Below, in pieces: positions 41,175 through 52,392 of a stretch of DNA of 64,000 nucleotides. The notes under the pieces were generated by a model. The model saw nothing but the letters and a program-made list of their open reading frames with translations. It was not told the origin of the DNA and searched no databases. The translations under genes were made by a program, and so were the position numbers. Numbering within the stretch: the first letter of the stretch is position 1; every line of letters starts with the position of its first letter. Source of the DNA: an uncultured Methanosarcinaceae archaeon (lineage in GTDB: Archaea > Halobacteriota > Methanosarcinia > Methanosarcinales > Methanosarcinaceae); NCBI GenBank assembly GCA_963721455.1, contig CAVRJG010000015.1, forward strand, positions 1-64,000. Direction: 5' to 3'.

Positions 41175-42695
41175 TCAGCCAATGTGGAAGTAAGCGTCCA
41201 CAAGTTTCCTGATTTCTTCGTTCTTGCCGTAGAGCCTCTCGCTGAGCTGGTGGTCATTAAGGGCTTCAAGGTCTTTTGTGGTGTCGTTGATCATGCCTTC
41301 GGTGAAGACATCGTACTGCATGAAAATGTCCTTCTGTTTCTTCAGGGCCTGAGCGGACTCATAGCAGGAAGCAGGCAGGTGTTCAAGCTGGGCAAGCCTG
41401 TCCTTATGTTCATCCTTGAAGATATTCACGCTGATATAGAGGTTCTTTGCAACCTCAAGGGCGTTGTCCATCTCAAACCCGTGACGGACACCTACAGCGA
41501 AAGCTGCAAAGAGGAGGTAAAGGTCAGCTGAGGGATCTGCAGCACGGAATTCAAAGGTCGACTTGTAGCTGTGGTCTCTGAACTCTTCGTTGTAGTTCGG
41601 ATTGGCTATGGCTACCATCTTGCTGGACCCTTCGGAGAACCAGCCAAGGGGCACGCGGATCAGAGCAGATCTGTTCCTGTCTCCCCAGCAGATGTTTGTA
41701 GGAGCTTCCTGGTGAGGAACAAGGCGCAGGTAGGATGTGGGGATCCTGTTTCCAAAGGCAGTGATTCCTGCTGCGATGTCAAGAATGCCAGCCATTGCAC
41801 GCTTTGCAATGTCGCTAACATTACCGTTCTCGACCATGACACTCTTTCCGTCCTTCAGGAGCTTCATATGGACATGCAGCCCGCTTCCGGCTTTCCCGAC
41901 AGTGATCTTCGGGGCAAAACTGACCCTTACACCGTACTGATCGGCAAGCATCCTGAGCATCCATTTTGCAATAAGCAGACGGTCTGCACTGTTTTCAAGT
42001 GTGTCAGTCTCAAATTCGATTTCGTTCTGCTCGTAGTAGTACTTGTCATCGGTGAAGTTCCCGACTTCTGAGTGCCCGTACTTGATTTTTCCGCCAGCTT
42101 CGGAGATGTACAACATTGCTTCCTTCCTGAGCTGGTCGAATTTGGTGAAGGGATTAGATTCGTGATATCCTCTCTGGTCAACGGCCGGGAAACTCATGTT
42201 GATTTCATCTTTGTTGGCAATGATATAGTATTCGAGTTCGCCCATTGCCTGAAGTTCATAGCCTGTCTTCTCGGTCAGGATCTGACCAGCCTTCTTCATG
42301 ACGGTTTCCGAAGCGCTTTTGAGGGGGGCTCCTTCCTTGTCGAAATAGGAACAGAGAATGTCCAGAGTGGGAATTTCTTCAAAAGGATTTAAGAAAGCAG
42401 TCCTGTATTTAGGGACGACATAGAGGTCACTTGAGTCTGCCTCAATGTATGTAAAAATACTTGATCCGTCCACTCTTTCCCCGGCGGAAAGTAAGTTGTC
42501 AAGGTGCTCTTCGTCTCTAATCACGAAGGCGAGGGCTTTAAGTCTCCCATCCCCGCCAACATAGCGGAAAGTCAGCATCTTAATGCCGTTTTCCTTGACG
42601 AACTTTATAATATCTTCTTTGGTGAATTCGCTTGCTGGTTTATTGAGGTACTGTACCAGTTTGTTCGGATTCAGTTCAACAGATGATGTTTTCAT
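41175..42695 (-). CDS. glnA: Glutamine synthetase family protein (GlnA2-like)
   Basis: VDGSS, ELEYY, HSEVG, GSGLHVH, NRSALIRVP and EFRAAD motifs. Confidence 0.92.
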   Translation of the reverse strand: MKTSSVELNPNKLVQYLNKPASEFTKEDIIKFVKENGIKMLTFRYVGGDGRLKALAFVIRDEEHLDNLLSAGERVDGSSIFTYIEADSSDLYVVPKYRTAFLNPFEEIPTLDILCSYFDKEGAPLKSASETVMKKAGQILTEKTGYELQAMGELEYYIIANKDEINMSFPAVDQRGYHESNPFTKFDQLRKEAMLYISEAGGKIKYGHSEVGNFTDDKYYYEQNEIEFETDTLENSADRLLIAKWMLRMLADQYGVRVSFAPKITVGKAGSGLHVHMKLLKDGKSVMVENGNVSDIAKRAMAGILDIAAGITAFGNRIPTSYLRLVPHQEAPTNICWGDRNRSALIRVPLGWFSEGSSKMVAIANPNYNEEFRDHSYKSTFEFRAADPSADLYLLFAAFAVGVRHGFEMDNALEVAKNLYISVNIFKDEHKDRLAQLEHLPASCYESAQALKKQKDIFMQYDVFTEGMINDTTKDLEALNDHQLSERLYGKNEEIRKLVDAYFHIG

Positions 42696-43108
42696 TATTA
42701 TCCCTTCTTTTTTAATTGGAATGTCCGAGTATCAAAGCCTCATTTTAATACTAAATTTTTTTAGGCTAACTCGTTGCCACATTAATCATAATTTTGTGAA
42801 TTCTTGCCTGATAGGAAAAAGATAACTGACTGCTGTCTATATAAAGTTTTTCTTTTTTAAATTTTTCAAAAAAAATATTATAAACAAAAGGGCAGCGCAG
42901 CTTTATTCCGCATTGTTTTGCATAATTCTATTTTTCCTGATTGAATGGAGTTGTCAAGTTAAGGGTTTTGCCTAATAAATATATTGGACAAATACAATAT
43001 AATCATTCAATAAATATAGTTATCAGATTGATAGGAGCAGCCAGAGATTTCTATCTGTTTCTTATTTCGATCTATTTTCTATTCCGTCAGGGAGAATGGA
43101 GGGGAAAT

Positions 43109-44290
43109 ATGGAGATTTACAATATTCCTGAAATTGCCAGAAATGTTTTCTGGGTTGGGGTAAAAGACTGGAACCGCAGAATGTTTGATGCTTTGATTCC
43201 GCTGCCTCAGGGAACAAGCTATAATGCTTACCTTGTGAAAGGGGAAGAAAAAACAGCCCTTATCGATACCGTGAATCCTGGTTTTGAAAAGGAGTTCGAA
43301 GAGAAAATAAACCTGGTTTCCAGCCTGGAAAAGCTGGATTATCTTATAATGAACCATGCTGAGCCCGACCACTCCAGCGCGATTCGTTATATCATGGATA
43401 GGGCTCCTGCCTCGGTGCTTGTTACGACGGACAGGGGCGTGAAAATGGCAAGTCTTTACCACGAGCTGCCTGAATCCCGGATTAAAATCGTTGCTGAAGG
43501 AGATAGCCTCGAGCTGGGAGGGAAAACCCTTCGTTTTATAGAAGCACCCTGGCTCCACTGGCCTGAAACCATGTTCACATACCTGCCTGAAGACAGGATC
43601 CTTTTCCCATGTGATTTTTTCGGAGCCCATACTGCCCAGGGGGTCTATGACGAGGATATAGAAGACCTTATTCCTCTGGCAAAACGCTACTACGGGGAAA
43701 TCATGATGCCTTTTGGGAAAATGGGGGCAAAGGCTCTTGAAAAAATAAAGGGGCTTGATATCAAAATCATTGCTCCGAGTCATGGGCCTATCTACAAAAA
43801 TCCACAGCATATACTTGAACCCTATGCAAAGTGGACTGCAGGGGAGACCGAAAATAAAGCCCTTATCGTCTATGTGAGTATGTGGGGTTCCACAGCACAG
43901 ATGATCAGGACAATTGCAGAAACTTTACTAAAAGAAGGTATAGATGTTAGAGTGTATGACCTTGCAGTCTCTGATATAGGGGACGTTGCAAGGGAACTGG
44001 TTGATTCCCGTGCTATTATCCTTGGAACTCCGACTGTCCTTGGGGGCATGCACCCTCTTGCCCTTTACGGCACTTACCTGGTAAAAGCTCTCAACCCGCC
44101 CGCAAAGTACGGGGTTGTACTGGGGTCCTTTGGCTGGGGCGGAGGCGCACTAAAACAGGCAGGAGAAATTCTGGTGCCTTCGAAAATGGAGATTGTGGGA
44201 ACCCTTCAGGTGAAAGGCAGAGCCAGGGAAGAAGACTTAAAAAAGGTTGAGGAAATCGGCCTGGAGCTTGCTCAAAAAATGAAATCATAA
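43109..44290 (+). CDS. fprA: FprA-family flavodiiron protein
   Basis: GTSYNAY, HAEPDH, HWPET, CDFFG and PSHG motifs plus a C-terminal flavodoxin domain; ATG at 43109 follows GGAGGGG. Confidence 0.92.
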   Translation: MEIYNIPEIARNVFWVGVKDWNRRMFDALIPLPQGTSYNAYLVKGEEKTALIDTVNPGFEKEFEEKINLVSSLEKLDYLIMNHAEPDHSSAIRYIMDRAPASVLVTTDRGVKMASLYHELPESRIKIVAEGDSLELGGKTLRFIEAPWLHWPETMFTYLPEDRILFPCDFFGAHTAQGVYDEDIEDLIPLAKRYYGEIMMPFGKMGAKALEKIKGLDIKIIAPSHGPIYKNPQHILEPYAKWTAGETENKALIVYVSMWGSTAQMIRTIAETLLKEGIDVRVYDLAVSDIGDVARELVDSRAIILGTPTVLGGMHPLALYGTYLVKALNPPAKYGVVLGSFGWGGGALKQAGEILVPSKMEIVGTLQVKGRAREEDLKKVEEIGLELAQKMKS

Positions 44291-44382
44291 CCTGAAAAGT
44301 CTTTGCCTGATGATTCTGGCCTGAAGAACCGATTTTAAGCATGCGCTCAGGCTCTTTCAGTCCGGCAAGATAGATTATACAG

Positions 44383-45237
44383 TTAATCTGGCCGAGAGAC
44401 CTTACCTGACCTTTTCAGCAGCATCTGTAAATATCCATAAAGGGAAATTCCTAAAAATGCTCCCCATAAAGGCATAAGGCTTTCAACCCCTGCCCATCCT
44501 TTCAGGGTTGCGAACAAAACTGCACTCAGCAGAGCTGTCAGTTGAGCCACTCGGGTACGAAGCGGGTCTAAAGGAATTCCTGTCAGGTCCCCTCTGGATT
44601 TTATTTTCCGGGAACTGAGGACCCGTGGAATAAAAAGGAGAGCTACTGCAAGCACGAATAACCCTAACTGTGTATTCATCAAAATGCTTTCTTTTCCTGC
44701 AGTTCTTATAAAAATAAACAATGAAATTATAAATGCGATGCCCCCAAAAATGCGGTTGCCGCGATTGGGTTCCGGAAGGGAAGAGTCCAGGAAAAATGCA
44801 AGTGCTGTAAATAAGCCGAAGAGCCATTCTCCCTGAAATGAAATCCAGCCAGAAAGCAGAAGTATCGCAAGAGAATCGGAAGTTTTTGCAGGCAGCCCCA
44901 TACTCCTGTTTATTATACGGATGAGCAGGAGTTCCAGGAAAAGGGCGAGCAGGAAAGGGGAAGGAAAAAGCAGGAACCCTGCACAGCCCAAAAAAGCCGC
45001 AACAAAAGCTGAGAGCTCATTGTCAGGGTCTAGCTCCCTTGCAAATGCCCAGGCAAGAAATACCGATACTCCTGCCCTTAAGCCTGAATCCGAAGCCGAA
45101 GAAATCTCTTTCCCCAGGAAAAGTTGAAGGCCTGCGGTTCCCAGGAGAAAAAGCAGGGTAATTATTACAATTGCCCTGTTTGTGGGATAAGCAAGGTCTA
45201 TGGAGCGAGCAACTGAGCTTAACCTTTTAATCTTCAT
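44383..45237 (-). CDS. Hypothetical polytopic membrane protein
   Basis: Multiple TM segments; WAFARELDPD motif. Confidence 0.78.
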   Translation of the reverse strand: MKIKRLSSVARSIDLAYPTNRAIVIITLLFLLGTAGLQLFLGKEISSASDSGLRAGVSVFLAWAFARELDPDNELSAFVAAFLGCAGFLLFPSPFLLALFLELLLIRIINRSMGLPAKTSDSLAILLLSGWISFQGEWLFGLFTALAFFLDSSLPEPNRGNRIFGGIAFIISLFIFIRTAGKESILMNTQLGLFVLAVALLFIPRVLSSRKIKSRGDLTGIPLDPLRTRVAQLTALLSAVLFATLKGWAGVESLMPLWGAFLGISLYGYLQMLLKRSGKVSRPD

Positions 45238-45489
45238 TTTGATCTATGAGGGCTGAAGATGTTTAATTTTTGTGTTATTTTGTTTTTTAACAGGAATTAA
45301 GAAACACAATTTCTTATGGTATATAATGTTTGAAATTAACATGATTTAGGGAACTGTGTATTTTACGGGAAACAAATCATCCTGTGAATGAATGCCTTTT
45401 GAAGGCCGGGTGGATGGGAGTCTGATCATAGTCATTTCAGGGAACAGCCTTTTTAACAAGCCTGAACTCCCATTTTTAAGATTGTCGCT

Positions 45490-46815
45490 ATGGCCCTGAA
45501 TTTCAAGTTTCAGATGCAGGAGTTTCTTATGGAAGGGGAGTCTGAACTAAAAAAAGAACTGAATTTACTTGAAATTACTCTGGTAGGAATTGGCAATATT
45601 CTGGGAGCTGGAATTTACGTACTGATAGGAAACGCTGCAGGGCTTGCAGGCAATATGGTCTGGTTTTCCTTTCTGTTTGCAGGAGCTACTGCTGCGCTTT
45701 CGGCCCTGAGTTATATGGAACTTTCTTCCATGTATCCCAGAGCAGGGGCTGAATATGAATTTGTAAAGAGAGCGTTTGGGGAGCGTGTGGGCCTATTTGT
45801 GGGGCTGCTAGTCATCGGCTTTGTGGTAATAACCAGCTCTGCGGTCGCTCTTGGGTTTGGAAAGTATTTCAGTACACTTTTCGGGGGTGGAAATCTAATA
45901 GGGGCAGTGAGCCTGTTTTTTGTCCTCAGCCTTATCATGGTTTACGGAATAAAGGAATCTGCGAGGCTTGCTATTTTCATAACTCTGATAGAACTTCTGG
46001 GACTTTTGATTATCATTTACATAGGACTCCCCTACCTTGGCACGGTAAATTATTTTGAGGCTCCGGACCTGGCAGGGGTATTTGAGGCGTCTACGCTGAT
46101 TTTTTTTGCATTTCTCGGTTTTGAAGACATTGTAAGGCTGTCCCAGGAGACAAAGGATGCAGAGAAAACGACTCCCAAAGCCCTGCTTATTGCCATATTT
46201 TTTACAGTTTTCCTTTATATCTGCGTGGCAGTAACTGCCGTAAGCGTGCTTGATTTTCGGGTTCTCGGCCTTTCAGGTGTCCCGCTTGCGGATGTTGCGG
46301 CTGTCGGGCTTGGGAATGGTGCTTTTGTCCTCCTGTCCTGGATCGCCCTTTTTTCCACGATGAACACGGTACTCGTAGTTATGCTTGGAGGGTCAAGGAT
46401 TGTTTACGGCATGGCATATGCGGGTTCGCTTCCGAAAATCCTCTCAAGGGTACATCGCCGCTACCAGACTCCATGGGCTGCAATTTTCGGAGTTGCATGC
46501 CTCTCAATTCTGTTTGTCCTGCTCAGGGATATTACGACCGTAGCAAATATTGCTAATTTTATGATTTTTATTGTCTTTTTTATGGTCAACCTCTCCCTTA
46601 TAAAGCTCCGTTATGCCGACCCTGGAAGAAGGCGCCCTTTTAAAGTTCCCTTTAGCATTGGCCGCCTGCCCCTGCTTCCGTCGCTTGCTGCCCTTTCTAC
46701 TGTATTTCTCTTTTCCCGGCTAAATGTGGAAGTCATAGCTTATGGGCTTGTTCTCGTAGGAATCAGTGTGCTGATAGTGCTGCTCAAAAGCAGAAAGAAA
46801 AACCGGCCTGCCTAA
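45490..46815 (+). CDS. APC-family amino acid/polyamine permease
   Basis: GNILGAGIY, ELSSMYPRAG, FAFLGFE and RRPFKVP motifs. Confidence 0.92.
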   Translation: MALNFKFQMQEFLMEGESELKKELNLLEITLVGIGNILGAGIYVLIGNAAGLAGNMVWFSFLFAGATAALSALSYMELSSMYPRAGAEYEFVKRAFGERVGLFVGLLVIGFVVITSSAVALGFGKYFSTLFGGGNLIGAVSLFFVLSLIMVYGIKESARLAIFITLIELLGLLIIIYIGLPYLGTVNYFEAPDLAGVFEASTLIFFAFLGFEDIVRLSQETKDAEKTTPKALLIAIFFTVFLYICVAVTAVSVLDFRVLGLSGVPLADVAAVGLGNGAFVLLSWIALFSTMNTVLVVMLGGSRIVYGMAYAGSLPKILSRVHRRYQTPWAAIFGVACLSILFVLLRDITTVANIANFMIFIVFFMVNLSLIKLRYADPGRRRPFKVPFSIGRLPLLPSLAALSTVFLFSRLNVEVIAYGLVLVGISVLIVLLKSRKKNRPA

Positions 46816-47327
46816 TATTATAATTTTTTATTGAGTTTGAAAAATTGACCTGCCGTAGAAATGCTTAATATCGATTATTTATCAAAAATATTGTAAATTA
46901 AAGCTTTTATTGTTGATTAATCATTTAAATATGCCTCTATTCCTTTTAAAGCCTATAATATTCTTTTTTAGGGGTAAAAATTGTCTATGCATATTTCTGG
47001 AGCATCTACGATTTCTCGTTTGCTCTGCGGGCTTATAAGGGTTTTTACTTCCTTTAATAGCTAAAAAAAGCATATTTTAGCTTTTTTTAAGAATACGACT
47101 ATTTATAGTAAATATTTATTGATTTCAGTTAATTTTGTGTCTTCATATTCACTAATAATTAGTTTTATATACATTAAATCCTATTTGAATCGCTTTATTT
47201 TACGGATTATCAAAATAACTCATTATTGATTAATAATTGTTACAAATTGAAATGATACTAAAAATTATTAATCAGAAGTTACATAAGTTTAGTCAAGGAT
47301 CAGTTCAAATTTAAAAAGGGAGTAGAT

Positions 47328-48500
47328 ATGAGAAAAGAGCATTATGAGTTTCCGCTGGAGGATTTCGTTTCAAGAGACGATTTTAACAAAATTAAAAAGT
47401 TCTCCCGGGATAAAGAAACACCATTTTTGATCGTTGATCTGCAGAAGATAGAGCAAAGTTACGAAGATCTGGTAGAGCACATGCCCTTTGCAAAAATTCA
47501 CTATGCTGTAAAGGCTAACCCTATGGACGAGGTTGTGCTTGCCCTGAAAAACAAAGGCTCCAATTTTGATGTGGCAACGGTATACGAACTTGATCAACTT
47601 CTCAGGCTCGGAATAGAACCTGAAAGGATCAGTTACGGCAATACTATCAAAAAAGAAAAAGATATAGCTTACGCGTATGAAAAGGGAGTGAGGCTTTTTG
47701 TTACCGACTCTGAGAGCGATTTGAAGAAATTAGCCAGAAGAGCCCCCGGTTCCAGAGTCTTTTTCCGCATCCTTACTGAGAGTGACGGAGCTGACTGGCC
47801 TCTTTCAAAGAAGTTCGGTTCGCACCCTGACCTTATATACAAGTTTATTCTTAAGGCCGAAAAACTGGGGCTTGAACCTTATGGGCTTTCTTTCCATGTT
47901 GGTTCTCAGCAGAGGGACATTGGCCAGTGGGACAATGCAATTTCCAAATGCAAATACCTCTTTGAGGCCGTGGCTGAAAAAGGCATCCGCCTGAAGATGA
48001 TTAACCTTGGTGGGGGTTTTCCTGCAAAATACCAGGCGCAGGCTCATGACCTTGAGACATATGCCAGGGAAATCCGCCGCTTTTTACATGAGGACTTCGG
48101 GGAAGAGCTGCCTGAAATTATTATAGAACCCGGGCGCTCTCTGGTAGCCGATGCAGGTATAATCGTAAGTGAAGTTGTAATGATCTCCAAGAAGGCCAGA
48201 TTCAACCAGTACAAATGGGTTTATCTTGACATCGGCAAGTTCGGGGGCCTTATCGAGACCCTTGATGAATGCATTAAATACCCTATATTCTGTGATAAAA
48301 AGGGTTGTGCGGAAGAAGTAATCCTTGCGGGCCCGACCTGCGACAGCATGGATATTCTTTACGAGCAACACAAATACGCCTTCCCCCACACAATGAGAGA
48401 AGGAAACCGCGTATACATCTTTACAACAGGCGCGTACACTCAAAGTTACAGTTCTGTGAACTTTAACGGCTTCCCGCCGCTCAGGTCTTATCTTATTTGA
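47328..48500 (+). CDS. Fold-type III PLP-dependent ornithine/lysine decarboxylase
   Basis: HYAVKAN (PLP Lys), SFHVGSQ, NLGGGFP, EPGR and GPTCDSMD motifs. Confidence 0.92.
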   Translation: MRKEHYEFPLEDFVSRDDFNKIKKFSRDKETPFLIVDLQKIEQSYEDLVEHMPFAKIHYAVKANPMDEVVLALKNKGSNFDVATVYELDQLLRLGIEPERISYGNTIKKEKDIAYAYEKGVRLFVTDSESDLKKLARRAPGSRVFFRILTESDGADWPLSKKFGSHPDLIYKFILKAEKLGLEPYGLSFHVGSQQRDIGQWDNAISKCKYLFEAVAEKGIRLKMINLGGGFPAKYQAQAHDLETYAREIRRFLHEDFGEELPEIIIEPGRSLVADAGIIVSEVVMISKKARFNQYKWVYLDIGKFGGLIETLDECIKYPIFCDKKGCAEEVILAGPTCDSMDILYEQHKYAFPHTMREGNRVYIFTTGAYTQSYSSVNFNGFPPLRSYLI

Positions 48501-48704
48501 AAGGGCAAGGGTAGCCCTTTTCTATTTTTATTTTCCTGCAGTCTCGTTACTGTTTTTATATGTACTTATTATGGAGTTATAATTTTTTTGCCTTATTGAA
48601 ATTTTTAACGGTGGCAAAAATAGACTTTTGATCAGTAAATTTAATCAGAAACTATTTTTTAGACGGGTTATAATATATATCTACAGGATACTATAAGGGA
48701 ACAC

Positions 48705-48800
48705 AGGTTGAGAGTTTATAGGGTTTCCTCTCAATCTAAAGGGGTTGGGATCATCGATAGGGGCCCGCTAAATGGGAACAAGGCCCTTATCATCTCTTCT
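48705..48800 (+). ncRNA. Two-hairpin ncRNA candidate, copy 1 (most diverged)
   Basis: Stems AGGTTGAGAG/CTCTCAATCT and GATAGGGGCC/GGCCCTTATC; upstream GGTTATAATATATAT. Confidence 0.6.
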
Positions 48801-49112
48801 TATAAACTTTTTTACAGGTATCCTTGATTTTTCTATAGTTCTTTACTCTGCTAACCCTGATACAGGGTTTTTTTGTGTTAAATGAAACACATGAGAAACC
48901 CGGACCTTTTTACGGTTTTTGTTCTCTGGAAGGCAGCTAAAAATATAGTCTTTTACTGAAAATATATACCTTATTTGTAGGTCTAAGAGGTTTTTAACGC
49001 CATTAAAATTTCAGAAGGTAGAAAATTATTCCATTCTATTGAAATTTTAGATCAAAACAGATTTTTTGGAGCGGTTATGATATATATGTACACATGATTA
49101 TAAAATAAATGT

Positions 49113-49204
49113 AGATTAAGAGTAATAGGGTTTCCTCTTAATCTCTGGGTTGGATCGCAGGTAGGGACCTGAGAATAGGGACTCAGACCCTACCATCTAC
49201 TTCT
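49113..49204 (+). ncRNA. Two-hairpin ncRNA candidate, copy 2
   Basis: Stems AGATTAAGAG/CTCTTAATCT and GGTAGGG..CTGAG/CTCAG..CCCTACC; upstream CGGTTATGATATATAT. Confidence 0.7.
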
Positions 49205-49582
49205 ATGCTGCTTCTTCTGCTGATAATTGCTTTTAACGTAGTTACTTCATAACTTCTCTTCTCTGATTATTCCTCTTTTTCATAATGTTTTTAATTTTTA
49301 TAAAGCTTACGATTTTTCCCAGATCTCTAAAGTTCCCCTTATTAACTGCTTTTTTGGATCCCTATGTATTATTTCGAAATTTCCCGAGGGTAGTCAGAAG
49401 AAGGAGCATTTAAATGAAATTTATCTGCAATTTAATATTGTTAATTTTATATTTACATTAAATATTTTGATGCCATTAAAAGTTTCGCTGCAAAATAAAT
49501 GTACAATATGTTTGAAAATTCAAATTACAAATTGTTTTTTGGGTCGGTTATGATATATATCCCCACGTCATCATAAATGTAT

Positions 49583-49673
49583 AGATTAAGAGTAATAGGG
49601 TTTCCTCTTAATCTTTGGGTTGGATCGCTGGTAGGACCTGAGAATAGGGACTCAGACCCTACCATCTACTTCT
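49583..49673 (+). ncRNA. Two-hairpin ncRNA candidate, copy 3
   Basis: Near-identical to copy 2, with the same promoter motif. Confidence 0.7.
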
Positions 49674-50153
49674 AAATTAATTTTCAGGAACACTTGCTTT
49701 TTTTCATAATGTCTTTATATTTAATAAACCTTATGACCGTTCCTATATTTTATTTAACCTGTCCGCCACCGCTTCCGAAATAGGCACGACGGGTAAATCT
49801 TTTTGTGCTTATCTACTGACCTCGACACTGAGATATAGTATATTTCTTAGCAGGCTACATGTACAGTTTTTCTTAGTAGACTATGTGTACATGTCTCCTG
49901 TATTTATAGAAAAGACTAGGATTTTTGAGATTGTTAAAATGAAGTATATTGATGAGCGTAATCTTTCTTTCCAGTGCATAGGAGAACGAAAACTTTCCTT
50001 TTTTATCTCATTATGTCTGTATTTGTACTTTACCTGGATTTGCTTCTCGAAGCGGCCTTATTATATCGTTTAAAAAGAGTTTTAAAAAGAGTTTTTCCCA
50101 AAAACCAAAATTTCCACAAAAAATCAAATTGCGTCCGGCCACCCCACCTTGAA

Positions 50154-51881
50154 CAGGCTGTCCGACAATAACCTTCGGTAATAAGAGTTTTCTGCTCAAT
50201 TAGTATGTTGCTTATTATATAATTTTGTGTTGAATATTATTATTTATGGTATTCATCAAATCTTCAAAAAATCAAGCTTGGGCTTTACCTCCAGATATTC
50301 GAGATCTTATTCCTTCAGATCATATCTGCTACTTGGTTGAGTCTTTTGTAGATGAGATGGATTTTAGTGAATTTGAAACAAGGTACGATGGTTCTGGACA
50401 CCCAGCTTATCACCCATGCATAATTTGTAAAATTTTGATTCAATCGATGCTTGATAGAGTTCGATCATCGCGAGCGATAGCTCGCAATGTTCGAGAAAAT
50501 ATAGTTTACATGTATCTGGCTGAAAACCTACAACCTGATTTTAGAACAATCAGTAACTTTAGAAAAGAAAATGAGAAACTGATTACTGAATTATTCAAAA
50601 ACACAGTTAAGGCAGCTAGGGATCTAGGAGTAATAGGTCTTGAGCAGTTAAGCACTGACGGATCCACGGTAAAAGCTTCTGCGTCAAAAAATAATGTGGT
50701 TTTGGAAGAGGTCTTGAGAGTTATTGGAGAATATGTCAACAATGAATTAAAAAAAGGTATTGAAGTAGACAAACTTGAGGATGAACAGTTTGGCAATTGC
50801 CGTGGTTACGATCAATTGAATGAAAATGGAAAATACAAAGTAAAAGCTGTAGTTGCGAAGTACATAAAACAAGTAAATAAGGATAATTCTAATGACCGAA
50901 AAAAAGAGATCAAAGACACAGTTGAAGAAGCACTTGATGAATTTGAAAAAGATAGTATTGAGAAAGTGAGCTTGACTGATAAAGAATCTCGTTTTATGAA
51001 AAACAAAAAGGGAGTATTTGAACTGGCATACAATGCCCAAATAACAGTGGACCATAAATTGGGGATTATTGTTGCAAATGATATCTGTCAAGATAGAACT
51101 GATACTTATCAATTGAAACCACAGATTGAACTTGTAGAAGAAAATTGTGGTTTGCTAAAAGAAGGCACTAAAATATGTGCAGACAGCGGATATTATTGTG
51201 GAAATAACATACATTATTTAAATCATAAGAAATTGGACCCATATATTCCAGAGCAAAAAGAAGTAAATAAAACAATAACAGAAAACATTGAAGACAACAG
51301 ATTCGATATTGGTAATTTTGAGTATAATGAAGAAAATGATGAGTTTATATGCCCTGAAAATCAAAGACTGAAGTTTTTGTATGAGGGTTATGAGAAAGAA
51401 AGGAAGAGAAAATACAGGCTTTATAAGGGAACTGAATGTAAAAAGTGTGAATTTAGTAAAAATTGTACAAAAAGGATAGATGGAGTTAGGCATTTAAAAA
51501 TCGCTGAATTTTCAAAAGAAAGAAAACAATTAGCCGATAAAATGGAAACAGAAGGAGCCAGAAAACTATATGGGCAAAGAAAGCAGGTAGTAGAACCTGC
51601 AATTGGAAATTATAAAGAGAATTTGGGGTTTAGAGAATTTTTAACCAGAGGATTGAAATCAGTCAGGAACGAGTTTAATTTAGTGTGTACTGCAGCTAAC
51701 TTAAGGAAAATATGGATTTACTCAAATAAAAACGAGATCATTAGAAAGAGAAATGGAAATAAATGGAACTTTTCACTTTAAGATTAGAGTAATAAGGAAT
51801 AGAAAACAAATCTCATAAAAAATTCCAATCCACCAGCAGACGATTTTATTTCATTACTAACAGTAATTGTCGGACAGCCTG
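50154..51881 (+). mobile_element. IS1182-family insertion sequence with 16-bp perfect TIR and 4-bp TSD
   Basis: TIR CAGGCTGTCCGACAAT at both ends; TGAA duplicated at 50150-50153 and 51882-51885. Confidence 0.92.
50246..51781 (+). CDS. IS1182-family transposase
   Basis: G.PAYHP, PDFRTISNFR, DGSTVKASAS, YNAQI, ADSGY and RKQVVEPAIG motifs. Confidence 0.93.
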   Translation: MVFIKSSKNQAWALPPDIRDLIPSDHICYLVESFVDEMDFSEFETRYDGSGHPAYHPCIICKILIQSMLDRVRSSRAIARNVRENIVYMYLAENLQPDFRTISNFRKENEKLITELFKNTVKAARDLGVIGLEQLSTDGSTVKASASKNNVVLEEVLRVIGEYVNNELKKGIEVDKLEDEQFGNCRGYDQLNENGKYKVKAVVAKYIKQVNKDNSNDRKKEIKDTVEEALDEFEKDSIEKVSLTDKESRFMKNKKGVFELAYNAQITVDHKLGIIVANDICQDRTDTYQLKPQIELVEENCGLLKEGTKICADSGYYCGNNIHYLNHKKLDPYIPEQKEVNKTITENIEDNRFDIGNFEYNEENDEFICPENQRLKFLYEGYEKERKRKYRLYKGTECKKCEFSKNCTKRIDGVRHLKIAEFSKERKQLADKMETEGARKLYGQRKQVVEPAIGNYKENLGFREFLTRGLKSVRNEFNLVCTAANLRKIWIYSNKNEIIRKRNGNKWNFSL

Positions 51882-51927
51882 TGAAAGGTGGGGTATGCTT
51901 CGGGCCGGCCGCCGATTTCTCGGGTAC

Positions 51928-52392
51928 TTAGAAATCATCTAGACTTAGTTGTCCAGATTTCTTTAATCTACTCGATCGAAACTTTTTCTTTGTTTTTCCC
52001 TGGGAATCGTTAATGTACTGCTTGATTGTGTCTGCAGTCACATTTCCAATGGATCTATAGAACTTGCCATTTGACCATAGACTTCCACCCCAATACTTTT
52101 TCCTCAATTCTGGATAAAGCTTGAACAATCTGTAAGAACTGCCTCCTTTTAGGTGCTGAAGTACCTCGGATAATGAGGTGCTTGGATGGAATTCCAGGAA
52201 CAAGTGCACATGATCCTCTACCACTTCCATGGCATGTATTTTATAGCCTTTCTCGGTACAAATGTTGTTGAGGATTGATTCGCAACCCTTTTTAACTCTC
52301 TTATTGTAGAATATTCTGTATCTATACTTAGGCACCAATACAATGTGGTAGGCAATTTGACCATAGCCATGGCTAAAACTACGCAATTCCAA
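51928..52392 (-). CDS. tnpA: IS200/IS605-family Y1 transposase TnpA
   Basis: YHIVLVPKYR, HUH motif DHVHLF, LKGGSS, LWSNG and catalytic YI..Q. Confidence 0.93.
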   Translation of the reverse strand: MELRSFSHGYGQIAYHIVLVPKYRYRIFYNKRVKKGCESILNNICTEKGYKIHAMEVVEDHVHLFLEFHPSTSLSEVLQHLKGGSSYRLFKLYPELRKKYWGGSLWSNGKFYRSIGNVTADTIKQYINDSQGKTKKKFRSSRLKKSGQLSLDDF

